Shown piece by piece: positions 10,910-21,616 of a stretch of DNA of 64,000 nt. The position numbers and the translations under genes were made by a program. The stretch's first letter is position 1. Each line of letters starts with the position of its first letter. Source of the stretch: Haliotis rufescens (taxonomy: Eukaryota); assembly GCF_023055435.1 (NCBI RefSeq), contig NW_025964361.1, positions 49,724,001 to 49,788,000 of the forward strand. The letters are read 5' to 3'. Under the pieces are notes generated by a model. That model did not search any database and was not told the origin of the DNA. It saw only the letters and a program-made list of their open reading frames with translations.

Positions 10910-11374
10910 GTGGTTAGGGAAGAATGCGCGAAAGATGCAAAGAGAAAATTTAAAGACGCTGATGAAGTGGATATGGCTACAAAACTGAAACATGCAGAGG
11001 ATCTTCTCACGTTGAGTTACTCTTTAGAAGTGAGTAAAACGATCAGCCAGCTCGTGTGTGAAATGTGTATTCCTTGTCTGTTTAATGAAGAAGGTGATCC
11101 AATCTTTTTGGGAGAACATTCTTGTCGAATGACGGAGCAGGAGCAGGTGGATAAATACTTCAACGCGGCACTTGAGGATGCGGACAATGAACTGGTAATA
11201 GGAAAATGGATGAAACTTGTGACTGATGATCCAGATCTGTGCACAATGCCTGCTTTCCATTTAGTACCTTACCAGTGTAAGGACTATCGTGACAATACAT
11301 TCAAATCACCCGAATGGGTGAATGGTTTGAAGCAATGCGTTGTAAAAATGTTGAAGTTGCAAAAACGCTTGTAG
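10910..11374 (+). CDS. Hypothetical Maverick protein (154 aa, Cys/His cluster; start uncertain)
   Basis: Open in both copies and followed by AATAAA at ~11450. The ORF-track start is a GTG; a possible acceptor (TTTTGAACAG) lies at ~10822. Confidence 0.55.
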   Translation: MVREECAKDAKRKFKDADEVDMATKLKHAEDLLTLSYSLEVSKTISQLVCEMCIPCLFNEEGDPIFLGEHSCRMTEQEQVDKYFNAALEDADNELVIGKWMKLVTDDPDLCTMPAFHLVPYQCKDYRDNTFKSPEWVNGLKQCVVKMLKLQKRL

Positions 11375-11554
11375 ACTGTTTCCATGTCATATTATTCTAT
11401 CAGTACCAAATGAAACGTGTGTGTGTACTTTAGCAATGTCCATACTATGAATAAAACATAAATTATGCTTACATCTTTGTTTGTCTTCTTTTGATAGTTA
11501 TCAAATGGTTGTTCTTTAATAGGTGTCTGTTGTCAGAGCTTCTCTCATTTCAAC

Positions 11555-12693
11555 ATGAAGCCACAACAGAGAAAGGTGGTAACAAAAAAACAGGAGAAGA
11601 TGTTAGAAAGTTACTATTTTAACCCGCTTGAACCGGGGGCTTTTTATGGTCCTGAGAAGCTTTATAGCGTTCTGAAATTAGCTCGTCAACCAGATCTCAG
11701 ACTGAGCACTGTGAAACGTTTTCTGAACAAACAGGACGCCTACAGTTTACACAAGCCACCCAAACAGAGATTCAAGAGGCTGAGAGTTCGGGTGAATTCT
11801 ATAAATGAAATGTTTGATGTAGATTTGACCGACATGACTCGTTACAGCAAGGAGAATAATGATGTGCGCTATTTACTGGTGACTATTGACATACTGAGTA
11901 GGTTTGCTTTCGCCCTGCCTTTAACAAATAAGAGACCAGAGACAGTACTGAAAGCTTTCAAAGAAATAATTCAGGAACGAAATCCAATGGAAGTGCGTGT
12001 GGATGGTGGTTCAGAGTTTAAAGGAGTATTTAAAGATTTTTTTAGAAAAACACAATATCACTCTGACTGTTGCACATAACGAAAATATCAAAAGTAATTA
12101 TGTGGAACGATTCAACAGAACACTGAAATCACTTATTACGCATTACTTGACCCATAATAACACCAAGTATTATTTAGATGCACTGCCCAAGTTGATGGAC
12201 AATTATAATAACACCTTACATTCTTCTTTGCCCAACCTTTCTCCAGTTCAAGTCAAGAAGAAGAATGAACTGAAAGTATGGGAACATTTGTATGTGAAGC
12301 CGTTGTTACTTAAAAAAAGCTCCAAACACTCAAAGCTCAAAGTCATTTGTATTTAAAGTAGGGGATCTTGTTCGCATTCCATACCTCCAGAGACCTTTCA
12401 GTAAGGAACTTGATCTGAAGTGGACTCAGGAGCTGTTTAAGGTGGCTAGGCGATACAAGAGACAAGAGATAGCACAGTATCAGATAGAAGACTTTCCCGA
12501 TAAACTGATGGAAGGTACGTTTTATGCCAACGAGCTACAAAAGGTGGAGAAAAAGGAAAATGTCTTGTGGCAGGTAGAGAAGATTTTAAAGAGAAAACGT
12601 GTGAAAGGGAAGACCTACCTGTTAGTGAGGTGGTTGGGCTGGCAGAGTTCCTTTGATTCTTATGTGGAGGAAAGTGAACTGAAAGATATCTGA
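11555..12693 (+). pseudogene. Polinton-type retroviral-like (rve, DDE) integrase with C-terminal chromodomain; two frameshifts
   Basis: Motifs YYFNP..PGAF, FL.KQDAYSLHKP, FDVDLTDM, LVTIDILSRFAF, VDGGSEF, YVERFNRTLK, FKVGDLVRI, and chromodomain WQVEKIL...YLLVRWLGW..SFDSYV. Frameshifts at ~12040 and ~12335. Confidence 0.92.
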
Positions 12694-13120
12694 TGGAAAC
12701 GTAAATATTTAGCAAAAGCTCAGACTCCAAACACTCTTATTTTAACGAGAATACGCCTTATCATTTTCGTGTCAAACTAAATCAAAGGTTGAATTTTGAT
12801 GGATTCTGGGTTGTGTCTTTAACGGAGAATAATTTTGGTAAATTTGACATCACCCACCTGAATGATCCATATGTGGACGTGTTATGCAATCTGTGTGATA
12901 GTTCTTTGGCAGGTGAACAGCAATTGCCTTTATTGAGACGGCTTGATCTCAGACAAGGTCCTTACTATAGCTTTGCCCATGAATACAATATTCCGATTAA
13001 AGTCAAAGAATCTCCACACATAGAGGTGCGTATAAAGGCCAGTAACGGCATGTCACCCTCTTTCTAAAGGAAGTGACATATGTGACACTGCACTTGAGAC
13101 GGTATCCCTTCGTTGATTAA
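12693..13120 (+). pseudogene. Minor capsid protein (penton, single jelly roll; PX-like)
   Basis: Two-copy consensus METYIFIKSSDSK..YFNENTPYHFRVKL..RLNFDGFWVVSLTEI...LPLLRRL...YNIPIK...VTLHLRR matches the Polinton mCP pattern. Copy 1 has TAA at codon 4 and a frameshift at ~13061. Confidence 0.72.
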
Positions 13121-13122
13121 CC

Positions 13123-13444
13123 ATGGAGTCCACACCTTTGCATGTTCCCGATTATGTCAAATGGAACATCTGCCTTAGTGAATGGTAAACCACAGGTGAA
13201 AGTGATCCCGACACGACTTCAAGTGAAGACCGAAGAACCCAAGATCAAACTGGAAGTGACATCAGAGATGCAGAATATTGTTGAGAGAGGCAATGCCAAA
13301 GAAAAGCGACGGAAATCTTTAAAACGAGCTGCAGGTGATCGAATCACCACTTCAAAGAAGATCCGTCAGACAGATAACATTCCATCCAAGACCGCTAAGG
13401 TTCTCCAGTGTATCCCTGTTCGAGAAAACGACGTTTTCAGTTAA
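13123..13444 (+). pseudogene. Small basic Polinton-type protein (YVPD..KW..YF N-terminus), possibly a virion core protein
   Basis: Lys/Arg-rich and located between mCP and MCP. Copy 1 has a ~29-bp deletion relative to copy 2. Confidence 0.5.
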
Positions 13445-13446
13445 TC

Positions 13447-14749
13447 ATGTCACTATTGAATGATAAAGACTTTGAGGAACTGATACCGCCCTCTCTCAAT
13501 CTGTTTATTTTACCACCATACCAGACCAGCATCCATCAACATTATTTTGATGAAGTGCGACCACTCAGCCAAATCAATGATTCTTCACCGTTGGAATTTC
13601 AAGTAACGAATGCTGGAAGTGATTACATTGACCTGAACCGTACCCGCCTACATGTGAAGCTCAAGGTGAAACATGCAGATGGCACTGATCTTGTTGACAA
13701 GGAACATATTGTCCCTGTCAACTTGTTTCTGCAGGCCCTCTTTTCCCAGGTGTCAGTGTACCTGCAGAATCAGTTGGTATCTTCTACAAACAACCATTAT
13801 GCTTACAAGAGCATGATGAAAACTCTACTCAACAATGGAACAGAAGCTAAAACTTCACAGCTGTCATCTCAACGCTTCTACAAAGATGTGTCTGAATCCA
13901 ACAATGATGGCGAATCGACTGATCCCTACACTGGTCTCAATACAGGAGTGCAATCTCGTGGCGGTTTCATTAATACTAGTAAAGTCTTGACCATGTCGGG
14001 GCCATTGTATGAAGATATCTTTCACATGAACAGACATTTGGTCAATGGAGTGGATTTGACAATGAAGCTGTACCGCTCCTCGCCCCAGTTCTGTTTGATG
14101 AGTGGCAAAACAGGTCAAGATTACAAGGTGGAAATTCTGGATACCTACCTGAAGGTGTGTAAACTGAAAGTCAATCCAGCTCTTATTTTGGCACACAACA
14201 CCTTGTTTCAAGACAGCAATGCTTTGTATCCTTACACCAAAAGTGAGGGTCAAGGTTACAAGCATCCCCACCACTCAACTGACACATACCATTGACAATC
14301 TGTCGAATCCTATTGCTAATCGTTACATCGTAGGCTTTGTACTCAGCAACAGCTTGAATGGATCTTACACTGGTAACCCCTGCAACTTCCAATCTAGTAT
14401 GGTGAAAAACATCAGCCTGTACATCAATGGTGCCAGTGTCCCCGGACGTCCCATGCAGGCAGATGACGTTGAGTCCTATGTGCAGATGTTCGATGGGATG
14501 TGTCTGTGGAAAGAAAATACAGGAAACGGAATCACTCGGAGCGACATTTTGCTCGGGAGTGCCCTGTTCGTCTTCGACATTGATAAAGTATGCAGTGAAT
14601 CCGACTATCTGAATCTGTTGAAATCCGGTAGCACCCGACTAGAAATCGAGTTCAAATCCGCCCTCACCGAAACACACAGTTGTGTTGTTCTGAGTGAAAG
14701 AAATTCCCTCATCGAAATTGACAAGACCAGGAACGTGTTTGTGAAGTAA
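13447..14749 (+). pseudogene. Major capsid protein (double jelly roll, PY-like); +1 frameshift at ~14250
   Basis: Motifs SLNLF.LPPYQTSI, PLEFQV, DYIDL..TRLHVKLKV, PVNLFLQALFSQVSVYL, YAYK, GNP.NFQ, LFVFD and GSTRLEIEF...IEIDKTRNV. About 433 aa once repaired. Confidence 0.9.
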
Positions 14750-14754
14750 AAAAC

Positions 14755-15225
14755 ATGAAAGCCTCTGACCTTGCATGTGCTATTCAAAGCGACTCCATCT
14801 TAAAGGACCATGTCTTAGGTGTGTTTGCCAAAGATACCTCACCTGTGCTAACTAGAGTCATGCTTGCACGTGGAGTGGGTCTCATTGTCAATACTGAACC
14901 ATCTGGAAGACCGGGTCGTCACTGGGTGGCTATGTACTTCAAAGGAAATACAGGGGAACTCTTTGACAGTCTGGGTTAGCCAGTGAATTCCGTTTTTGAT
15001 TTGTACTTAAAAACCTATGTCAATCAATACCAGCACAACAGAAGACAATTACAGTCCTCATCATCCAACCTTTGTGGTCATTATTGTTTATATTATTTGT
15101 TGTATAAATGCAAAACAGATCTTACCCTTCAAACCCTTGTGCAGATATTCGATGTGCAAGTCCGTTTTAACAATGATGAGCATGTGTCAAAGTTTATCTG
15201 TAATTATTTTAGATATTGTTTGTAA
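14755..15225 (+). pseudogene. Adenain-like cysteine (maturation) protease; in-frame TAG at 14977-14979
   Basis: Motifs LGVFAKD, IVNT.PS..PG.HWVA, FDSLG and LQ...S.LCGHYC supply the His/Asp/Gln/Cys catalytic set. Confidence 0.9.
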
Positions 15226-15321
15226 TCTTGTCATACCTGTGTCATGTAACATACTACTGTACTTGTGTAACCCATTAAAAAAATGAAATAAAAAAATTAG
15301 AGTAGTCATTCGAGTTTGTTC

Positions 15322-15327
15322 TATAAA
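15322..15327 (+). promoter_or_regulatory. TATA box upstream of the ATPase gene
   Basis: TATAAA ~60 bp before ATG 15383 and just after the AATAAA that follows PRO. A 26-bp deletion removes it in copy 2. Confidence 0.45.
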
Positions 15328-15382
15328 TATAAGTAACTCAGCTGTATTGTCACAGTTGAATTATTGTGCTCAGAGTGAGATC

Positions 15383-16052
15383 ATGGAACGTAAGTGTCTC
15401 TTACCAATACAAACACCTACCAACATATCTGTGATTGGTGGATCTTCCTCAGGGAAAACAGTTTGGGTGAAAAGGTTGTTAGAGCAAGCTAATCTGATGT
15501 TTGACAAACCTCCCAACCTTATTGTGTACTGCTATGCCGTATGGCAAGACATCTACAGTGACATGCAGCAAAACATTTCTAACATTCTTTTTATGGATTC
15601 CCTTCCAACTGAGAATGATTTGAAAATGTGGTCTGAGCAATCTGAAAAGAACATGGTGTTGGTCATGGATGACATGATGATGAATATATGTAAAAGTCCA
15701 CTGATGTTAAATCTCTATCTACACTACATTGTCTCATCATTGGGGAATCAGTGTTATAAATATTCAACAGTCTGCTTATCCTAAGGGGGATTGTAACCGA
15801 ACTATTTCCTTGAATACACACTACTTCATTAAGCTATCTAACCCACGTTCTGCACATGAATATAAAATCTTGGCATCTCAAATATTTCCAGGACAAGTCA
15901 AATATTTTACTGAATCATTTCGTGATGCAGTGGAGGGAAAGAAATTTCAATATTTTATGATTGACGTATCACCCTATTCCGATCCTCAGTATGGGCGTCT
16001 GCGCAGTGGTGTCTTTCCAGATGAAGTATGTATTGTGTACCAACCCAAATAA
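15383..16052 (+). pseudogene. A32/FtsK-HerA-type DNA packaging ATPase; 4-bp insertion frameshift at ~15716
   Basis: Walker A GGSSSGKT, Walker B VLVMDD, then SHH..ISVINIQQ, RTISLNTHY and Y..IDVSP...RLR. Confidence 0.9.
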
Positions 16053-16127
16053 AAGCTACTGCTGAAAGTTATACCCACCAGTTGCCCGTATTACCAATGA
16101 ACAGATCAGTTGCTTACTGAGGTCATC

Positions 16128-16439
16128 ATGGATGTTTGCGGACGATTTGAAGATATTGCTAACGATTGTTCAGTGATTTCAACCAATGCTGAAGTGTATG
16201 GGGATAGCTTTTGTGAGAGATTAAAGGCCTTCACCAGTTGGCCCGTGCAAATGAAACAGTCTCTGAAGACTATGGCACAAGCAGGATTCATTTACACGGG
16301 TCAATCAGATAAAGTCTACTGTTTCATGTGTCGATTGCGTGTAAATAAATGGATGCCAGAAGATGAACCACTAACTGAACATTTCAGGTTATCACCTCAG
16401 TGTAGTTACATAAACATGATAGCTTCTAATACCAAATGA
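16128..16439 (+). CDS. Single-BIR inhibitor-of-apoptosis-like protein, Maverick cargo gene
   Basis: ERLKAFTSWP...MAQAGFIYTGQSDKVYCFMC...W...DEPLTEHFRLSPQC is a complete CX2C-X16-H-X6-C BIR. No RING domain. Open in both copies. Confidence 0.9.
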   Translation: MDVCGRFEDIANDCSVISTNAEVYGDSFCERLKAFTSWPVQMKQSLKTMAQAGFIYTGQSDKVYCFMCRLRVNKWMPEDEPLTEHFRLSPQCSYINMIASNTK

Positions 16440-16546
16440 GAGACATCGGCTATGGTGTATGAGGAATATTAGGGTCTAAGCATACATATATAAAAGTCAC
16501 AATAACCTAGTTAGATCATTTCACATCGTGATCTCTTCACATCAAT

Positions 16547-17012
16547 ATGGGTGATTTACTGGAAAAACATCTGTCTTTTCTTCAGACACTACTGCAGGCT
16601 AATGTGAAGCAGGGAAAAAGCTTTACTTCAATATGTTTCATGTGAACAAATGCATGCTATCAATACCATGATGTTAAACATTTTGAAAGGGAATATTCCG
16701 CTCTCACTGATGGATAAAACTCGCTTGCACCGTCATAGGTTTCACATTAGAACATTGGCTGCCAAAGAAGGTTTTACCAATCGGATTAAAAAGGAGGTGT
16801 TGATAAGACATCATTCGATCTTGCCTATTTGCATTGCTGCACTGTTAGATTACCTACATCATGAGCAGACCTATGGTTCTCCTGAACAGGAACACATACC
16901 AACGCCTGATAGACAACCAGGAAAAGGAGAAGACAGCGACTCAGGAACAACAACAACAACAGATAATGACAGTGACTCCGGACCGGGAGACGAGTCCTCT
17001 GAGACTGAATGA
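16547..17012 (+). pseudogene. Conserved Polinton-type small protein (LNILKGNIPL motif); frameshift at ~16615
   Basis: TATAAAA at 16489-16495 and ATG at 16547. The N-terminus is intact in copy 2 (40422). Confidence 0.55.
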
Positions 17013-17472
17013 GACCCCTGAAGAAATCACCCATGATGAAGCACAGATTAAAGCGAATACGACCTTGATTCTGGATCTACTTCTTAAGGATGTGTCATTA
17101 ACTAAAAAGATTGGCAAACTCACCAAACTATGGTAATTTATCAGGGATCAGATCAGAAACGCTCACTTCAGACTGAATGATCAGTTAGAAATTGTGTTAG
17201 ATAATGAGAATGTGTGGATCGGAACTAAGGTTATTGACCTCATTCGTTTTACTGTGATGCATCGTGGGGCTGTTCCTACAGGCTACCGTGACTTTCTCAA
17301 ACTTTTAAAAATGCTCCATGTACCAAAGCGGCTTTTGTATAAGCCAGATGCAAAGAAACAGAACGACAAAATAAAGAAGGCAAAATCATCTTTATATCTA
17401 AAACGACAAGCACAACATGGTGTGCCCGGTGCTAACACTACTGCAAAATTAAGAAAAGTAGAGTCTTTCTAA
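16861..17472 (+). pseudogene. Conserved Polinton-type hypothetical protein (~203 aa); TAA at 17134-17136
   Basis: MSRPMVLL...Y..L N-terminus and ..IGT.VIDL..P.GY..F.KLL C-terminus. The stop is TAC in copy 2. AATAAA at ~17531. Confidence 0.55.
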
Positions 17473-17557
17473 CTGTACATGCACATTGAATTCATGACAT
17501 GTATTCTATGTAACTTTCTGATTGTAAAACAATAAAATAATGCTAACACATGCGTCT

Positions 17558-17866
17558 TTAATTATTACTATCTTCCATGTTCATGAGGACTCTGAGCTGC
17601 ATCTCAAGTCTTTCTTTTCTGTCATCACAGAAGAAATGCCTATGCATATAATCAGAGTCACTGTAACGCACAGTGTGCTGGTCCTGAAACTCTAGCCCAA
17701 GGCTTACCCTCTGTTGCTTGGGTTTTTCCAAGATGGTATGAAGGGGCAGCTCATTCACTGCACAATCAAAGTATTGAGTAATACACTCGTCACAAACTAT
17801 ACATTTTGGAGCTCTATAGAAATATAAGTTCAAACTTAAGTGCAAACAGCTGCACACAATGAACAT
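17558..17866 (-). CDS. Hypothetical Cys-containing protein or terminal exon (C..C..C)
   Basis: Open and nearly identical in both copies. An acceptor-like TATTTCTATAG precedes APKC, so it may be a spliced exon. Confidence 0.4.
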   Translation of the reverse strand: MFIVCSCLHLSLNLYFYRAPKCIVCDECITQYFDCAVNELPLHTILEKPKQQRVSLGLEFQDQHTVRYSDSDYMHRHFFCDDRKERLEMQLRVLMNMEDSNN

Positions 17867-18111
17867 GAGTGGTGTGGCTGCTATTCAAAACAGTTTCAGA
17901 TTGCTTCAAGACAGATGTATCAAGCGGGTGTATAATAGGGTAGTACTAAGAACTGCTGAATCACCTTGACCGAGTACACAAGCTATACAATATTTTTGAG
18001 AAAATGTTTACCATGGGATGGTACTGAAAACGTGACACTTTAAAAGCACATGTGTTCCATTATGAAAGACTACGTTAAAGGGATACACTTAATGAAAGAG
18101 CCGTATGGAGA

Positions 18112-18328
18112 GGTGGTGTGGTGAAATTGGGTTTAACGTCGCGTCCAAGATTATTGCACTTATATAGCGACGTGCATGCACGTGTGTGTGTGTGTATGTG
18201 TGTGTGTGTGGCTGCTTGTACTAGTCCGGACTGATGCCGATTTATAGTGCTAGCTCACTGAGATACCATGCCGCAGTTTAACATGAATACCCCACTCAGA
18301 CACAGTATACTGACTCCGAGCCGACCAG
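18112..18328 (-). mobile_element. Truncated SINE-like insertion with (GT)n inside the Maverick (copy 2 at ~41994-42219)
   Basis: GGTG-repeat tail plus TTGGGTTTAACGTC, like the other SINE tails. The internal TTTATAGTGCTAGCTCACTG...ATACTGACTCCGAGCCGACCAG resembles a mollusc SINE core as I recall it (not searched). Confidence 0.6.
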
Positions 18329-19395
18329 ATTTACACCGAACAAGCACGTCACACACTCCAATTTCGCTATGCATCTCACTGTGTTTTCTAACATAAAAGC
18401 ATATTTTTAATCAGAATGTGTGTATGTTTTATGTTTCAATTCACAGTTATTCGCTCTCTTGGTCTATCAATGTGATATGAGCCACTAGTGTGATACGAGT
18501 TACCTCCCTTGGATCACGAGGGCAGGCCGCTCGCTTCACCCGCCTTTCGGTGTATGTATTCATGCAAGCCAGCGTTCATTGTTTCTTCACTGTCAATAGT
18601 GTATTACCTCCCTTACACCGGTAAGCCCTATCGTTTACAGGTTTCTGGTGTAGCCGAACGGTTTGACCATTGTTTTTCCAGCTAAGTTTACTACATGATG
18701 ATATATAAGAAGAAATTAAATCCAGCCATGTACAATTGATGGAATAAATATGATTAAACCAAATATGAACTGAGCGAATGGTTAATTCAAACGGAATATA
18801 TGGAGGAATGATTAATGAAACAGTGTTGTACAGTCTTAAGGTAAGTTCACTTATTTTCATTATTACTATTACATCAATTAGTTATATGTCATAAAGCAGA
18901 AAACATACGAATTACACATCTGCAGATGGGTATAATGTATACTTTCTACTCAAGTTCTAATATAATGGCGAAAACAAGTAACAGTGATATTATCTAGTTG
19001 GTGATCGTCTAAAAGCAACATTTAACCCTTAATGTTACGTTAGCACACTGAAACAGATAAAAAGTTAAAGAGTGATAGAAATGTTAATAGATAAAGGTTA
19101 ATAGATAAAGGTTAATGAATACCGCTCTGAACAATAACATAATATTTTAACACTTAGTGAAACGTGAATGAAGTAGAGAAAAATGTTTATAAATGAATTG
19201 ACATCGGTGAAAGGGTGAACAGGTTCAGCGGCTAAAACCCACACACGAATAGATTCACTCTTGCGTGTAAAGAGTGGGTGAGAGAGAGCTACCCCTAGTG
19301 TATTGATACTAATGTGCGGTGACATAGTTACATGTTTGAACAGAGCGATTATATACAGAGCCAGCCTTACTGCTAGTCTCCTTTAGCAAAATTTG

Positions 19396-19679
19396 CTTCT
19401 ATTGTGTGATTTGACTGGCCTCTGTGGTATGCTCCACAAGAATGCTTTTGTTTGTTTCTTTACTCTACGCTCCATAGGAATGCTTTTGTTTGTTTCTTTA
19501 CTCTACGCTCCACAGAAATGCTTTTGTTAGAAATTCCACGCTCCACAGGAATGCTTTTGATGGAAATTCCATGCTCCACAGGAATTTGTTGAAATTCTAT
19601 GCTCCACAGGAATGCTTTTGTTGGTACTCCACGCTCCACAGGAATGCTTTTGTCCGGAAGGTACTACTTTCTATCTACT
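19396..19679 (-). repeat. Right terminal inverted repeat
   Basis: Inverted match to 9653-10045 with fewer 33-bp subrepeats. Confidence 0.9.
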
Positions 19680-20906
19680 ATTAACCACAAGGTGTAAGGG
19701 ACAGATGGTGAAATGATCAATGTGTTCACTTCATTTAAATTGATGAGTGCATATCTGAAAGGTCAGGTCGGTACTTTGTTTTCATTTATAAAAAAATCAG
19801 AGACTTCTTCGTGACTTACACTTCATTACACCGAACAAGCACGTCACACACTTCAATTTCGCTATGCATTCTGTATTAGTCATATTAACTGCAGACACAC
19901 TACACAATCGAACTATATGCATGTGCTATGTACAGATACAGTTATGTCAACAGGTATAACGGTATAAGGTATAAAGGTCCATTGGTCATGGAAGTTCTAT
20001 GAGCACTGCTACGTGTCTATTCCCAAATTGAAACGATAGGCTAATCCAGAAATCTGAATCTAAAACATCTTAGTGTGAAACCAACAAACAACTAACAAGT
20101 GGTATTCAATCAACGAATGAATTATACTATTAACTTAGTTAACAAATCAATATAAATTACAGCACAGCAATTACAATGGCAGAAAACAAAAGAGTGGTTG
20201 TACAATATTCAATGGCAATAACTAATACGATGGCAGTGGTCAGAATCAAATAGAAAATTACAGTGGTGATGGAAAAAGTCAGTGATACTAATATATATTC
20301 ACCCAGCGGCCACGGTGGTCAAGTTTCCAAGATGGGCGAGCCAGGGAATCGGGAATAATGAGCGATCCTCACATGAAAGCTGGTGCGAGACGAGATGAAA
20401 TGCGTGCGAGACGAAATATGTGAGAGATCCAAAAGTGTGAGAGATGTGTAAACACGCTACTGTCCCCTTATGAACTGTCCAAATCGGTTCCTAAACACCA
20501 CAGAATATTTCATACCAGGTCACGGTAAACCGGAAGTTTACACACAAAACTAGTATCTAAATATAGTAGCTTCCTGACGACTGCTTAGATGAAATAGTAC
20601 TACATTCCTGAGGACTATCACTTCCGAAATATATTGTAATTAGCGGCTACCGAATCTCTACAGAAACGAGGTAAAACCACTGTTAAACAACAAAATAAAC
20701 TGCAATATAACAGCGTGATGAACCAAACTACATAAGATTTGTAAGATGTAAATGATGCAAGCACCGTTTCGTGTCCCGACATACTCAGGTAACCGCGACA
20801 CTGCTGTCAGTGTAAAAGCCGCTTTGAAAAAAGAATTTTTTGGCAGTGTTAATGAATGAACAAGACTGAATGAGCAGATTCCCCGAACAGAACATTTTGG
20901 ATAAAG

Positions 20907-21569
20907 CCTCAGGAGTCTGACTGCCGAACGCCGTCACCCACCCAACTACACTCTACTAAAGTCACACCATGTTCCTCAGGAGTCTGACTGCCGAACGCCG
21001 TCACCCACCCAACTACACTCTACTAACGTCACACCATGTTCCTCATGTGTCAGGCTGCCGAGCGCTGTCACCCACCCAACTACACTCTACTAACGATACA
21101 CCATGTTCCTCAGGAGTCAGGCTGCCGAACGCCGTCATCCACTCAACTACACTCTACTAAAGATACACCATGTCCCTCAGGTGTCAGCCTGCCAAACGCA
21201 GTCACCCACTCAACTACACTCTACTAACGTCAATCCATGTCCCTCGGGAGTCGGGCTGCCGAACGCCGTCACCCACCCAACTACACTCTACTAACGTTAC
21301 ACCATGTCCCTCAGGTGTCAGGCTGCCGCACGCAGTCACCCATCCAACTACACTCTTCTAACGTTACACCATGTCCCTCAGGTGTCAGGCTGCCGCACGC
21401 AGTCACCCATCCAACTACACTCTTCTAACGATACACCATGTCCCTCAGGTGTCAGGCTGCCGAACGCGGTCACCCATCCAACTACACTCTTCTAACGATA
21501 CACCATGTCCCTCGGATGTCAGGCTGTCGAACGCGGTCACCCATCCAAATACACTGCGCAACTAACGTT
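20907..21569. repeat. 67-bp minisatellite, ~10 copies
   Basis: Unit CCATGTTCCTCAGGTGTCAGGCTGCCGAACGCAGTCACCCATCCAACTACACTCTACTAACGTTACA; ORF-track starts are spaced 67 bp apart. Confidence 0.95.
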
Positions 21570-21616
21570 GCTTACTTTCACCTGGTTTGTACCTATGTGC
21601 TGTACACAGGACCACA

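Larger units (their letters stand above)
9653..19679 (+). mobile_element. Polinton/Maverick-type endogenous virus, copy 1 (10,027 bp; no pPolB detected)
   Basis: Termini AGTAGATAGAAAGTA...TACTTTCTATCTACT; 6-bp TSD ATTAAC at 9647-9652 and 19680-19685; empty site at 60080-60085; contains INT, mCP, MCP, PRO and ATPase genes. Confidence 0.95.

Noticed and set aside
14235-14260. Programmed frameshift in MCP, or readthrough of the protease TAG, because both copies share them
   Set aside because: There is no slippery heptamer. The copies descend from one insertion, so shared lesions are explained by inactivation before duplication.
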